A stretch of 64,000 nucleotides of DNA from Heterodontus francisci (taxonomy: Eukaryota): positions 43,029,095 to 43,093,094 of the forward strand of contig NC_090403.1 in the NCBI RefSeq assembly GCF_036365525.1, given 5' to 3'. Both the position numbers and the translations under genes were made by a program. Below, piece by piece: positions 1 to 33,800 of this stretch. Each line of letters starts with the position of its first letter. Position 1 is the first letter of the stretch. Under the pieces are notes generated by a model, which was given only the letters and a program-made list of their open reading frames with translations, was not told the DNA's origin and searched no databases.

Positions 1-650
1 CTTCCTAAAGAGGTGTTGTCCAGAACTGCTCACAGTACTCCAGGTGTGGTCTAACCAGGGCTTTGTACAGCTGTAGTATAACTTCTCCCTCCTTGCATTC
101 TAGTCCTCTAGGTATAAAAGGCCTTTTTGATTACTTTTTATACTGGTCCATGGGATTTTAATGATCTATGTACATGGACACCAAAGTCTCTTTGGATCTC
201 CACTATCTCTAGCTTTTTGCCATTTAGAAACTACTCTTTTCTACCCTTTTTAGGTCCAAAGTGGAGGACCTCACGTTTGTTTACACTGAAATCCATTTGA
301 CAGCTTTATACATTTGCCTAACCTATTATCTCTTTGTAATTTTATGCTAGTCTGCATACCCCAATCTATACAAAAGTTAAAATTCCCCATTAAAACCACG
401 CTGCCTTTGCTCCATGATTATCTAATCTCTGCATTTATATATTCTACCACTTCAGGAGGCCTATACACAACTCCCCCTAGTTTTCAATCTATCCATACAA
501 TCTGCATTATCTGCTTTACTCTCATTTATGCTCTCTGTCATTGATGTGATTACATCCTTAATCAATAAGGTGACTTCTCCCCCTCTACCGTTTTCCCTAT
601 CTTTCCTGTAGACTTTATAACTTGTTATATTTAATTCTCAGTCCTGACCT
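1..650 (-). mobile_element. Degraded CR1 LINE fragments
   Basis: CR1 RT/3' region motif CAGTACTCCAGGTGTGGTCTAACCAGGG (reverse = LVRPHLEYC), plus endonuclease-region remnants. Confidence 0.7.
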
Positions 651-2199
651 GGCATCAATTTGCTATTTTGGATCTACTGGAATAGTAACAATAAATGCAT
701 TGCTCTCCTTTGGATTGCTGATAACATCTTCCAGAAGGGAGTGCAATGGATCCCAAGGAATACAACAATATTTCTTGGGGTCACCCATAGATTTGAAAAT
801 CACTGTAGTATATGTAGTACCTTAGAAGCTGCCACCAATATAAAAAACACATGATAATGGCATAAGTATGACACATCTAATCTAATCTAATCTAATCATC
901 TCAGGGTTTTAGAACAGTTTAGAGTTCATTCTTTATATGGGAGATGGTGCTCATCCTAGAGTGAACATATGTGACATCCCTAAAATAAAAACAAATGTCT
1001 GGGGCAATTAATAAATTATAGTGATTTGTACAGGCAGTGTTAAATGGCCAAACAGTTGTTTAAATACTTGCGAATATCAAATACTTCTGCAAATTTATAT
1101 ATTGAGTTTTGGAGCAACAGAATGCTGAAAGTGAGGAAAAACTGCAATCAGTTTACGAGAATCAAATGCAAATATTTGAGACACAAAAACACTAATGCAG
1201 AAGATTTGGTATTATAACTAGAGCTATAGGATTAAGTTGAAGTTTTTTTGTCTTACAATTTTGCGACAGGCACAGTTCTTTGAATACTGATTTAGGATTT
1301 AACATAGGAACTTTACCACAAAATCCAGAAATGGAACCATCATCTTGAAGCATGGTATGCAAGTTACATCTGTGTACTACCCATAACCCATACCAACATT
1401 TTAACAAGACATATATAAGTCTAATTATTTTTGACTAGAGTAGGAATGCAAGCAATTCAAGCAATTTTGTTTGTGTTTATGATGCCTGAAGTCTTGAAAG
1501 AGTAGTCTTTAAAACTCAGGGGAATCAGAAATGGCGAATAAGGAAAAGCCATCACCACAAATTACTTGCCCTGACACGCTGCCTTGTTCTAACAAAACAC
1601 CATGACAAATAATCATACTGTATCAGTGAATCTACACATTGAAAGTAAATGAGAATGATTCAGTATATTATCTGGGATCAAATATACATTCATTTGCAAT
1701 TAATTGCCTTAAAGTTAGAGAATTACATAGAATTTACTGTACATAAACAGGCCACTCAGCATAAAGGACTTGTTAGTGTTTATGCTTCATACAAGCCTCA
1801 TCTGCCCCTATTTCGTCTAATCCCATCAAATCCTTCTGTTTCTTTCAGTAATTACCATCTTACTTCTTAAATGCATCTATGCTATTCGTAACTACTCCAT
1901 ACAGTAACAAGTTCCACATTCTAACATTCTCTGGATAAACAAAGTTTCTCCTGAATTCCTTACTGGATTTATTCGTGACTATCTTGTCTCCTAACTTTGG
2001 ATCCCCCAATTGCTTTACAATTCCCTCACCCTTAATAATTATAACATATCCTTTGGTCTGGTCCCATTTTACATCTGGCACCCCCTCCATACCTACATTC
2101 CAACTTGCAATCTTACCTCCCACATCATTCACCACCACATCCCTGCACTTAATTAATTTCCTAAATTCATGCACCATGTTTCATATCTCTATACAAACG

Positions 2200-2440
2200 T
2201 AAAAATTAGGTGCAGGAGTAGGCCACTCGACCGTACTCCACCATTCAATAAGTTCATGGCTAAACTGATTACTCCACATTTCTATCTACCCCCCGATAAC
2301 CTTCCAACCCTTTGCTTATCAAGAATCTCTGCCTTAAAAATATTCAAAGACTCTGCTTCCACCGCCTTTTGAAGAAGACAATTACGAAAACTCACGACCC
2401 TCAAAGAAAAAATTTCTCATCTCTGTCTTAAATGGGTAGG
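2200..2440 (-). mobile_element. CR1 LINE 3' end
   Basis: GCAGGAGTAGGCCACTCG...CCATTCAATAAG tail shared with the other CR1 copies in the window. Confidence 0.75.
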
Positions 2441-3277
2441 TTGTTCCTGAAACACACTGTCTAGACTCAGAGGGAATATTTATATTGGGCAAAATGCCAG
2501 CAGGAGTTAACTCCATCTCAGCAAGAAGTCAAAACCTAGATTCCTTGAGTGTCTGGGCAATGAGTGTTGGCAACAACTTAGATTTATATTGTTGATTTAA
2601 TGTACTTTTGTGAGATTGAGTTTTGACACTGAGCAAGAATGGGGGTTTGTGGGGGGGGGGGGGCGGGGTGTGGGGGTTATTAGTTATATTTTGAGGACAC
2701 TTCTGAAAGTAGAGAGATGGAGTAAAGGTGAGAAATATGCTAATACCAATTATGCAACCACAATGATGAAGAAAAAAGTGAAGCCTGGTCCCATTTCAAT
2801 GGAACTCCAAACCGCCATGCAATTCAAAAGCTTGTGGCTCATGGAAGTGTCAAGATTTAGTTGGTTGACAGTAAGTAGGTTGGAGTATAGACTAAATGAA
2901 CAAACTATAAAACGTGATGCTATTCTAGATCAATTATAAAAGCAGTGTAATAGCGTTCTGGGCTGCAGCAATCACCCCACAGACAGCAGGCCGCCTGAAC
3001 TACATGGAAGAGGCTGAGAAAGGGGGGAGGGAGGGGGCGGTTGAGGAGGGCAAATTAAAACCCAGGCCCATGTGGATGGAGTTTGAGGTCAAGCAGCCGC
3101 GTGTTTAAAGCCGGTTGGGAGGGGGACGGGAAACAAGGGCATCGGCTGGGGTTTGGGAGGGGGGGGGAGGATGTACCGGGAGAGAGTGGGGGGTCTGAGC
3201 CTGAAGCGGCCTCTCCCTGACTCTGTGGGGGTGTTGAGCCCGGGGCGGGAGCAGCGCCGGTTCCGGGCCGGCCTTAC

Positions 3278-3319
3278 CTTGGTCCTGAGCGCATTGTCCA
3301 GCTTCAGCAGCCCCGACAT
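3278..3319 (-). CDS. PSME3: Proteasome activator subunit 3 (PA28-gamma), first coding exon; remaining exons not found and probably left of the window
   Basis: ATG at 3319 gives MSGLLKLDNALRTK, then a GTAAGG donor at 3277. Resembles human exon 1 MASLLKVDQEVKLK (14 codons, phase 0). Divergent from BECN1 as in mammals. Confidence 0.8.
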
Positions 3320-3339
3320 GTTGCAAATCCTCCAGGCCG

Positions 3340-3470
3340 AAGCCTCGCGAGCCCAGCGTTGACGTCACGCGCCGCCTCCCCATTGGCTGCCGGAAAGTAG
3401 CCAAAAAAAAGTCTCAAGCCAGCCGGAAGTGCCGTCATTTTCCGGCTTCCTTCCCCCTCTCCCAGGGTGG
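3340..3470. promoter_or_regulatory. Bidirectional CpG-island promoter of PSME3/BECN1
   Basis: CpG-rich ~3090-3510. CRE TGACGTCA 3360-3367, ATTGG (CCAAT box) 3382-3386, ETS/GABP CCGGAAGT 3423-3430, further CCGGAA motifs at ~3390 and ~3440. Confidence 0.75.
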
Positions 3471-4596
3471 AGGGAAAATAAACATCCCCAAGTGAAAGGA
3501 GGGCGAGACGACAGAAAGTTTCCAGCCTTCTGCTGATTTTATAGCTGTTGGAGAGTTAAAGCCTGGGCTGAGGATTGAGCAGCTTGTTCAGCATCAGCTG
3601 GGCAGCAGGAGGTACTGGGTCTCTCTCTCTGCTCCTGGGCTGCCTAGGAACTAAATAAGGTGTGTTACAACTGGGTCTTTGCACGCTTGCTTTGTTTCCC
3701 AACGCAGTTCATGCTCAGTGTCTCCATGAGACTAGTTAAATGGGGTTAAGTCTTCCCCTTTAACAGAACTGGAAATAGCTCCTTTTACTGAAGGGGAAAA
3801 CCAGTAAGGGGGATGAAGAAACACAATGCATCTGAGTGCACTGTAGGTTAGTATTTTAGGTGGATCAGTTATTAGGCAAGGGGATGGGAGAACATTTAAA
3901 GGTCAGTTATTTGGGTGTGCTAAGTTGGTTTAGCAACGAATTCTGATGTTAACTGAGCAGTGCGTTGTCAGCATTTTTTAAATTTATATTTTAAAATTCC
4001 AGCAATTATGATCTTGATTTCTTTTTACCTCTTAAATAATGACCTTAAATAAGGTAACAGTCCCTTATTTTTGAGGCACTTTGTAGCCAACTGGTTTTAA
4101 TGTTGACTTTAATAGCTTCTGAGCTTTAATTATAGTACCCACTTACTCTCCATCATCAGAAATTGCTGGTGGTGTGGGATGGTTGTGACGTGTTTTGAGG
4201 GAGGGAGGGAGGGGATGGCGATCTTCTGTCGGAACATCATGCTGGGAGGCTGGATCTGCATCATGGGTGCTCTGCTTTGTCAGTTTATCCCACTTCTCTT
4301 TCTATCTGCTTTACCCCCTGCCCAACTGCCTTAGCTGTTCACATGTTCTCTGTCTCAAAAATGTCTTGTATTTTTCTAATTGTGCCTCCTATTGTTTCAT
4401 GTTAATATCACTTCAGGCATTTAACCATTTGCTGTTTTCCATTTAAACCCATGATAGGTTATTCTACTTTGTGTGCATGCATGCATATGATTTATTCACT
4501 TCTTTCCCTTTGCTTTGTCCATTTTTTTAGGTGCTCTGCAGCTGCAATCTCATAGATTTGATGAAGTGTCTAGAAACGAAATTGTTAATTTATCAC

Positions 4597-4822
4597 AACA
4601 AAAACAAGATATGCTGGAATCACTCAGCAGGTCTGGCAGCATCTGTGGAAAGAGAAGCAGAGTTAACGTTTCGGGTCAGTGACCCTTCTTCGGAAGAAGG
4701 GTCACTGACCCGAAACGTTAACTCTGCTTCTCTTTCCACAGATGCTGCCAGACCTGCTGAGTGATTCCAGCATTTCTTGTTTTTGTTTCAGATTTCCAGC
4801 ATCTGCAGTATTTTGCTTTTGT
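4597..4822. mobile_element. Palindromic non-autonomous element, probably derived from Penelope-like termini
   Basis: 95-bp inverted arms centred on 4692. Same ACAGATGCTGCC(A/T)GACCTGCTGAG family as the fragments at ~41590-41690 and ~56100-56430. Confidence 0.7.
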
Positions 4823-5097
4823 TAATTTATCTGTTCTGCCACAGATAATGACTTGACCTGTTACGTGCCTCCAGCATTTTCTGTTTGTTTCAAATGTACA
4901 GTATCTGTGCACTTTTTTCCTTTGTGTTATGGTTGAATATTCTGTAGCGTTGATTGTAATTAGGGAGAATTCATGTAGAACTTTGCTGCAGATTAAATTG
5001 GTCAAGGTTAGTCCATGATAGGGCAAATTGTATTTGGTCTGTGGTAGGGATGGTCTTCTATTATTCCATGCTTTCTCATCATTATTCTTTCATAGAT

Positions 5098-25737
<20,640 letters not shown>

Positions 25738-25884
25738 TTATAACCTTATCGAATCTGTACTCCTTTTGCTGAGCATTGTTCCAAGGTTTATCCCAACGTT
25801 ATTGCCTGTATGAGGTGATTCACTGTGCTTTTATGTATGCTTTCTTTGAGAAAAAACATTAAATCTTCAGATGCAACAAACTGG

Positions 25885-26232
25885 AGAGCCTTTCACCTCT
25901 GGACCTAGCTCCAAATCTGATGGGATGTAAGTGTTCTATGTCTGTTGGCTATGAAGGTCTTGTGTGAAAGGGGTTTGGATAGTTTAACTGCAGTTCTTAA
26001 TGAACATGAGTCTGTCGCTCAAAGCTGTCCCCAGTTCTACGTTAGTTGGCAACCTCGCACGAAGGCCACGGGATGACTGGTGTGAGAAAAGGCGGAGGAA
26101 TGCCACACTGGTACAGTAATGGGGTGCTGGGGCATATAGTTCCAGCAGAGTGCTTTCCTTGCACCTGATCTGAGACTACCTGATGCTGACAAGAGTCCTG
26201 AAATGGAAAAAGATCTATTCCGCAGCACTAAT
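25885..26232 (+). mobile_element. Ancient SINE remnant resembling LF-SINE in the BECN1 3' UTR
   Basis: Collinear motifs GAGCCTTTCACCTCT...TGTGAAA...CAGTTCTTAATGAACA...TTGGCA...GAAGGCCA...GCAGCACTAA, recalled from the LF-SINE consensus. Confidence 0.45.
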
Positions 26233-27303
26233 GCTTGATTCACCTTGATGAGCACAAATGGGGAGAAAAAAGCCTAAAAAAAAACTTGTCTACTTTTTTT
26301 ATTTGTGATTGACATGTACACCTAGATCTTGAGATTGTGATATACTGAATCACCGTGTACTGCACCAATGCAGTAAATTACTAGATCTTTGAACTGATTG
26401 GGGAAATTTTATGTTTGCTTTTTCAATAGATGTAAAATGACTATTTAATAATTGAGTTGTGGAGGACTTCATTTCTAACTTTGTTCCCTGTGATGCTACA
26501 TTTCAACAGTGTGCAGGTGGCCAGATACAGATAGGTTTTTGTTGTGTTAGTCCACAATTTATTGGTGCCTTGGCCTCGATCACATTGGATTGAGTTGAGG
26601 TGAGATTTCACAAACCAGGTATGTTTTGGTGTTGAGATACTGGAATGAAAGTAAATGTTATCTTTTAAGTATTAGATTTTATTTCAATGCACTGCATTGC
26701 GAGCTTTCATCACTTAACCTGCAGCTGGGCTGGAGTATGTTACATAGAGGGTTGGCGTGGTTACAAGAAAATAATAAGGAATTCAGAAAATGTGAACCAT
26801 AAAGCAAAGTGCAAGCAATTTGTTATCCAAACCATGGGTTAAGATTACTTCTATTATAATTACACTCAAACACACTTTTTAATTGTCTGTGTGTATAATA
26901 TATATATAGCAGTTTTATTTATAACAAATTAAACCTGGCATGTTGTGCTACAGTTGTAGAAGATGGAATGGGAAGAATGTTTCTTATACACTGGTGTAAT
27001 TGCTGACTGTGGGCAGGATGCTCTATTCAGTAAAGACATGATGATGTCCACACTGAAGTATTAAATTTACAATGTAATCATTGCATCATTTCCAGCATCT
27101 AATCGATAGTGGATTACTGTACAATAACTGCAGTTTATAGCCTAAGTATGTAATCTGCTTCTGTGAAAGTGAGTATATTATTTCTCAGTAAAAGCCTGTC
27201 TACTGATCTGTTATACACCTGGTCTAGCTTTGAAATGTTGTAAAACAGTTCCTTTTTACATTGTATCATTGAAAAACAAGTGAAAACTCAAATGGATTTA
27301 CAA

Positions 27304-27324
27304 AATAAATATGTATAAAATAAA
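27304..27324 (+). terminator. Candidate BECN1 polyadenylation signals
   Basis: Two AATAAA hexamers (27304-27309, 27319-27324) about 1.6 kb after the stop, followed by TG-rich sequence. Confidence 0.55.
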
Positions 27325-27355
27325 CTTGAGTTTGTCTAACGCTGTAACACACTCT

Positions 27356-28026
27356 GCTGGATTTTATTAGTGCGCCACTCATTTAAATGACGTTGAGGGG
27401 GTGACCACTCCATTCCCGGCAATGTGTTCGGCGCCACAGCCGTTTTTAAAGGGCTTCAAGCCCTGAGCAAAAATTTTAATTTTTAAAGTAACATTACTGT
27501 GGGTTTTGTTGAAAAAAATAATTAAAAGCTGGAGGTCCTTTCCCAAGCCCCCCAATGTTTTTTTTTTATTGGCCTATATCACGAACATTAACTTTTTATT
27601 CTCACCCCCAACATCACGTTTGCCCTTCAACTCCTTCCCACCATCCCCACATCCAATAAAAATTGTTTTCCCTGCTCCCCGCATCCCCTGCCCTGATAAT
27701 TTCACTCCTCCCCCCCCCCCTCCCCACCAGTGTCTCACCTTGAATCCCCAAACGGGGTTTAGAAGGCGCAGGACTTCTGGCCACCAGCTGCAATATCAGT
27801 GTGGGACGGCCACCTTGTCCAGGTAAGTTCATTAACACTTTTTTGGATAAGTTTGAGTAGGCAAATGAAGGGGGGGATGGGGGCTGCACCAAGGCCTTGA
27901 TGCCGCCTGTGAAATGCGGCAGGGCCTTCTCAGCGTTGGAGGTTGTGGCGGGCCTCTCTGGCAAGTATTTTATGGCCCCCCCCCCTCCCCGACCCTTGAT
28001 ATCAAGGGGCTGGTAAAATTCAGCCC
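27356..28026. mobile_element. Non-autonomous DNA transposon with imperfect TIRs
   Basis: GCTGGATTTTA (27356-27366) / TAAAATTCAGC (28014-28024) with a GC-richer interior. Confidence 0.55.
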
Positions 28027-30144
28027 ACTGTCTCTGAACACTGGATAAGTTTGAGTTAAAGCAAACACCTTGAATATATTCAAGACATTGCTTAGTTGAA
28101 AGTTCAATTTTGCCAAAACTCAAGCATTTTATGTGGCCAGAATCCCAAATTTGTTAAGAGCCCAGCTGTTTTTATGGTATATCATTTGTTCACATGAATG
28201 GAGTAGAATTTTGTTGACGTACTTTGAGGATTAAGGACCCTGCTATGATCGTTTGAAGACAGAAGAGTTATGATGTTGTATGACCAGATTTGAGATTTAC
28301 CCATTTATGATTAAAGTCTTGGCTACATCACATCTTGTAAGAAAGGACAGTGTCTGGGAAAACATTTTAATCATTTAATATGTACACAAATATATCAGTT
28401 TTCTTTAGCACCAAGCATTTTTTGTTATATGTATCCTCGAAACGGTGTCCCATTAAAAATTCAGCAGTTGAGATCCAGTGCCTTTACAGCACAAATAATA
28501 TTGGACCAGAGCTTTCACAAGGGTGATGGTGTGTTCTTTAAATGTTAGCAGTTGTAGTCATATACTGCATCGCTAATGAGTATTAGTAAGTTGATCTCAG
28601 TAGTTGCACTACTGAAAAAACTGCTGGAGAAGGTGTTTCGCATCAGAAGTTGAGATGACTTTTCATTACGATAGGCTGAAGGGCCTGTTTCTGAGCTGTA
28701 TGACTATTACATCTGTAATTGGTGCCATTGTGTTGATGACTCAGGAACTTTGGAAATTGTAATGATGTATTAATGTGCAAATATTCTTTATCACTACTTG
28801 CTGCAGTGTATTGCTGTATATTGGTGTGCTGATGCAATCTTTTACAGTTTACTACATGATAATTGTATTCAGTACTTTGAATTGCTATGTACAATAAAGA
28901 GTGACCATAAATTAAAATATTTCTGGATTTGAGTTGTAGAATTATTATAGTTATGTTTATCTGCCTTCTCTTTCCTCCAGTGATTGGCCAGTACTTCAGA
29001 AGAACTGTCATGACAAATAGCAGACAGTATAAACATGCTATCACAGGAAATGGTGAAATTTGATTTCATTCAGTACAACTTTGGATTTACTAGTTTTAAA
29101 CTCTACTTCGAGATGTGCTGCCTTGGCCAACAGCCCCTTTTTATTCTATTTATTGGGCCGAGTAGATTAACTTGGCTGTTTAAACTGTCATTCTATTGAA
29201 CATTGTAAACAAGCCCTCTGGCTTAAAGCCAGAAACCTGCTCCATGTGATGAACATTGATCTAATTTCTGGTTGCAGCTAGTTTTCTCAACCATAACCTA
29301 GCAACTTAAAAAAAATCAAAACATCTTGTGCTATGTTGCTATAATTATGAAGTGAAAAAACAAAACCAGGTTTGCTTGAGTAAATCTTCAATCTATAGGT
29401 GCTAATGCTATATTGAGCAAAATGTTCAGTTCCAGCATGAGGTCCAGCTATGTAAGAGTACTGAGCTGCAGTCTGTTCTCTGCAAGTTATGTATAATTTA
29501 AAATTTTCTATTTTGGATTATGAAAGAAACAAATACACTAAGAAAAGTACTGGTGAGTTCTTAGTTTGTGATCAAAATCTTACCAATGTTCGTGCAGCAT
29601 CGAGCATCTTTCTCTGCACAATTCAAAGCTGCATCACCCTGAAGTATGAAGACATTATACCTATGTTGCTGTTTTATTAACTTTAGCTATAATTCAGTTT
29701 ATACAAGAAATGCATTAAAACATAGCATCAGTCAAAAACGGAGGAAAAAAATAATGAATTTAAGGTTAAATTTGCACCTGTCGGCTTTTGCAAATCTACT
29801 TGAACAGATCACGACCACGTTTGAGTAATTACAGAAAAGTACTACAAATATGTTGGAGCTTGTGGAAATAATTGCAACTAAGAAACTTTGTGGAATGTTG
29901 CTTGTTATCCTTTCACCAATTGAGTTTCAAAGCAAATTGGTGACTTCAGACACTCCTTCACTGGTATACCACAAAATTAGGACCATAACCAATGATGTTT
30001 CCAGTCTTCAACAGGGCATGCCATTCTACTATTGAGAAAATAACCTTTTGTAGCAAGCCCTATGAGTCACTGGATTGGCAACAATTTCTTAATTAGAAAT
30101 AAATCATGACAACTTATTACATTAAAGACAGTATAGAAATTCTT

Positions 30145-30400
30145 CAGGTCAGGTGACCAAAAGCTTGGTCAAAGAAGTAGGTTTTAAGGAGCATCTTAAA
30201 GGAGAGGGGTGGGGATGTTTAGGGAGGGAGTTACAGAGCTTGTGGACAAGGCAGTTGAAGGCATGGCTGCCAATGGTGGAGCGATGATAATTGGGGATGG
30301 ACGAGATTGAAGGAGCACAGAGATCGCAGAGGGTTGTAGCGCTGGACAAGGCTGCGGAGATGAGGAGGAGCAAAAGCCATGGAGAAATTTGAAAAGTGTA
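30145..30400 (-). mobile_element. L2-type LINE 3' fragment
   Basis: GGTGACCAAAAGCTTGGTCAAAGAAGTAGGTTTTAAGGAGCATCTT motif shared with copies near 9700, 21870 and 42040. Confidence 0.65.
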
Positions 30401-30730
30401 TAGTGTATTCAAGTAATTTGGTTATGGAGGTGAGATGAAATGGATAATAACCATTTCCCTTTTATTTACAGTACTTTATTTTTAACCATTACATTTTATT
30501 TTCTTACCTGAAAAACTCTTTATATTTCTAAGAAGATTGTATAAAGCATTAAAACAAACCTCTGTTATGAATGTGAATTTAAACATTTAATAAGTATTTG
30601 TGATGTAATTTATCTGTACAAGTTTACAATTTTTTCCACAAATTATTTTAAAACTAACTGTATACCTCAGATTAGTGCTGTAGAATTTACAAAACCACTA
30701 CCATTACTGCACTCAAAAGTACAGTATCAA

Positions 30731-30847
30731 TTAATATTGGAACTTAGCATGATTTGCTCCTGGAAAAATGTGTTTTAATATTACTTGAGAAAACTCAGAG
30801 ATGCTTTCTTCTGTTACACCACTAATTGAGGCCAGCTGCTGCACAAC
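30731..30847 (-). CDS. CNTD1: CNTD1 exon 7 (last)
   Basis: aaag|VVQQLASISGVTEESISEFSQVILKHIFPGANHAKFQY TAA. Confidence 0.93.
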   Translation of the reverse strand, partial: VVQQLASISGVTEESISEFSQVILKHIFPGANHAKFQY

Positions 30848-33800
30848 CTTTTTAAAAACAAAAACAAAATTAAGATAATTTTTGAGACAATCTATTGCTA
30901 ATCTTTTCTGTTAGGAATACAGTTAAGATGCTTGAGAAGGACAAAAATAAATTAATTTAATTAACTGACTTCTAGTACGGTATTACATTTATAATATAAT
31001 TTGTATTATTTACTACCTTGAGCCATGGTGTATAGTTCAGTATAAATGCACTTGTTCCAATGACTCCCACAGCTAGAAGCATGCAGTCTTCCTTTACGGA
31101 CAAAAATTTTGCTCTATGAAAAAGTAAAATGTTATTTGACTTTGTATTTGTTTTAAAACAAATGTAAGGGAAAATCTGGACTTCTCACAAATTATAAGTG
31201 CCTCCCATTTTTAACTTGCTGACTGCGAGTGTTAGCTCTCAACCAGAGCGTTGGATGAAGTGCTGTGCATGAACAAGGTGTTTCATTATGGGGGTGAAGG
31301 CAACTGCTAATTTTTTTTTCTCTGTACTTATAGTAGATTGAGCAGAACTTGAGATTTTTTCTTATTTATCTGAAAATTAACTCCTATTTAAGGAAATTAT
31401 ATATAAATAATGCTTTGATGCAGGTATGAACATTGTAAGTTCCATGCAGAAATCGTACACTATAAAAAAAAATCACAAAATAGCCTTGACTTTACCCTAC
31501 TTTTATCTTGTGTGTTTCATATTCCCTTCCCCGGTTTTTAATAGTAAACATTTCCTCCACAGATACATCTTCAATTGCCAACAATGTTTATTACTATGGT
31601 ATTATTAAAATAATCATACTGCCATATACCTTCTGGTGCTGCACCACTGCCTAACAGAAAGGAGGCATCAAAACTGAAAGGCTTTTTTGAAAAAGGATTT
31701 CAGTAGCAGAATGACTTAAGCTGAAGTCAAGAAGACTTGACTTATGAGCTATTGGAACTATTGGACTAAATTAACTGCCTATCTTAGTGTTCAAGCAAGT
31801 GATTATTAAAAAAAAAATTTGTTGCCAAGCTTAATTTGTTGGAGCTAAGTTTACAATTTTTGAAATATAAGCTGTAACCATCTTCAATTCCCTATTTACT
31901 ATTTTGAATTTTAAAAAAACTAAGAATCAAAAATCATTTTTTTTGAAAAAAAGACTTGATTCTAAATGCGACAAACAAAAATACTCACCTTTGGAGTTCA
32001 TTAGGTGTAGAATTTTCAATAGCAATTTTTAATAAGTTTTCATAGATGGTATTTCTCATGAGGTAAACAAATTTCAGCACCTTAAGGGAAATACTGTGTA
32101 GGTGCTTAATAGGAACTGATGGATCATTGTACCCTTAAAAAAAAAAGTATCATAAAATTATTTGTTTTGAACATTGTTTAAATTATCAGATTTTAATAAA
32201 GTGCACAGGAATTAAATTTGTTTTTTTTTTAAAAGTACATTTGGGTGAAACTATTCCTGTTTTAAAAAGAATTACTATGAATTTTGTCAGTTAAGTTGTC
32301 GCTGTTGAAACTGACAAATTTAGTAGTAATAGTACTAACTAATTGAATTTGCCTTTGTTCAATCAAAATATGCACATTTGGTTTTTCAGCGGCTCACTTG
32401 GTAAAGGTGGCAGATAACTAAGCCACACATCGTCATTTTGACTCAGTTAACAGCACTGAAGTATTATTTTCATTAATTCATAAACTGTTAACAGACAAAA
32501 CTGAATTTGCATGCTTATCAGATTCCAGTCTCCTAGGTTTGATATCTGGCTACAATACAATCTCAATTGCTATTAACTAGGGATTACATTTTTTCTCACT
32601 CACCCATGACTTCTAATAGTATTTCAGTGTGAGTGAATGGGGAAGGGACATTGACTTGAAAACTCAGAGTTTCAAGGACAAGGAGTTCTGAATCCAGAAA
32701 ATCTTCTCTTTTATATGAGTGACCAAGAGATTGGAGAAATTTCAGGGCCATACTATTGTTAACAATCTGGAGAAAGAGATAAAGAAAAAATGGGTTGCAT
32801 TCCTTGTTCCATTGAATAATTAAGATGGAATTTGTATTTTACGTAATACCTATAACATTGCACAAGAAAGGTTCTGATGATGATGCTATCTTTACCTGGT
32901 AATGAAATGAGATCTTGCTTGCTATTTGAACACAAGACATGATCCGTAGTACAAAATGATCTTGGATTCTAACCTGTAATTGTCCCCAAGCATACTTTTC
33001 TGTGTTTTTCTCAGAACCTGTGCATGTAGATGAATAGAGTTTTTCAATGTATCGAATCATAAACCTGTGAAATAGAACAAATAACATGTAAGGTACATTG
33101 TAGCTGGTCTCACGATGAAAGTTTTTTTTAGGAAGAACACTGGCAGTTTCTTTAAAAATTATTTTATAAAGGAGCCTGAAATCTGGCTTAATTATATAAA
33201 TAGTTACCTGCTCAGTATTTTCCTCCAAATAGTTATGCAGTTTCCACTAAAAATCTTTTCTGGTACCTTTGGAAAAAAAACTCCAAACAGTCTGTGGTGC
33301 CGAACACAAATGGCACCTTAAATGGAAGAATTTTCTGTTGTGGGTACAAACTGAACTTAATGTAACTCATGTTTTAGCAGTAAGGAAATTAAAAAGTAAT
33401 TTTAAAACTAAAGCCGCAAAATGACCATGCTCACCGCTGACCTCATAGAAAGCTGCCCACAAAGGTCTAGTGATATCTGTGGCATGGATTTCACTTTTCC
33501 CACCATTAATTTGATTCTGGTGCCAACTGTGGGAGCTTTCTGATGTCTGGCAACAATTATGTCATCAAGTGCATTAAGCAGCCAATCACACTGAAGTATT
33601 CTCTCAACCAGCAAACCAGGAAGTAAAATGCAATCCTTCACTTTTTAATAGTTTTAGAACGAAATAAAGACTGGGCCATATACATGGGAGTAAGGCAGAA
33701 GATGAAATATCAAACTTGTATAAAATTAACCGATGGAAATTTCCAATTGTAATGAAATAATTTGACATTCTACAAATATAAAATTAGTTTTTCTAGGGTC

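Noticed and set aside
877-897. (TCTAA)n microsatellite, and the G-runs at 2641-2676
   Set aside because: Ordinary simple repeats with no further support for function
1-3277. Search for PSME3 exons 2-3
   Set aside because: No VDxFRERI- or AEDLV-like peptide with splice sites found by eye; probably outside the window
4531-4600. Good acceptor (TTTTTTAG at 4530) as an extra BECN1 5' UTR exon
   Set aside because: No convincing donor found and it runs into the palindromic repeat; cannot be supported without transcripts
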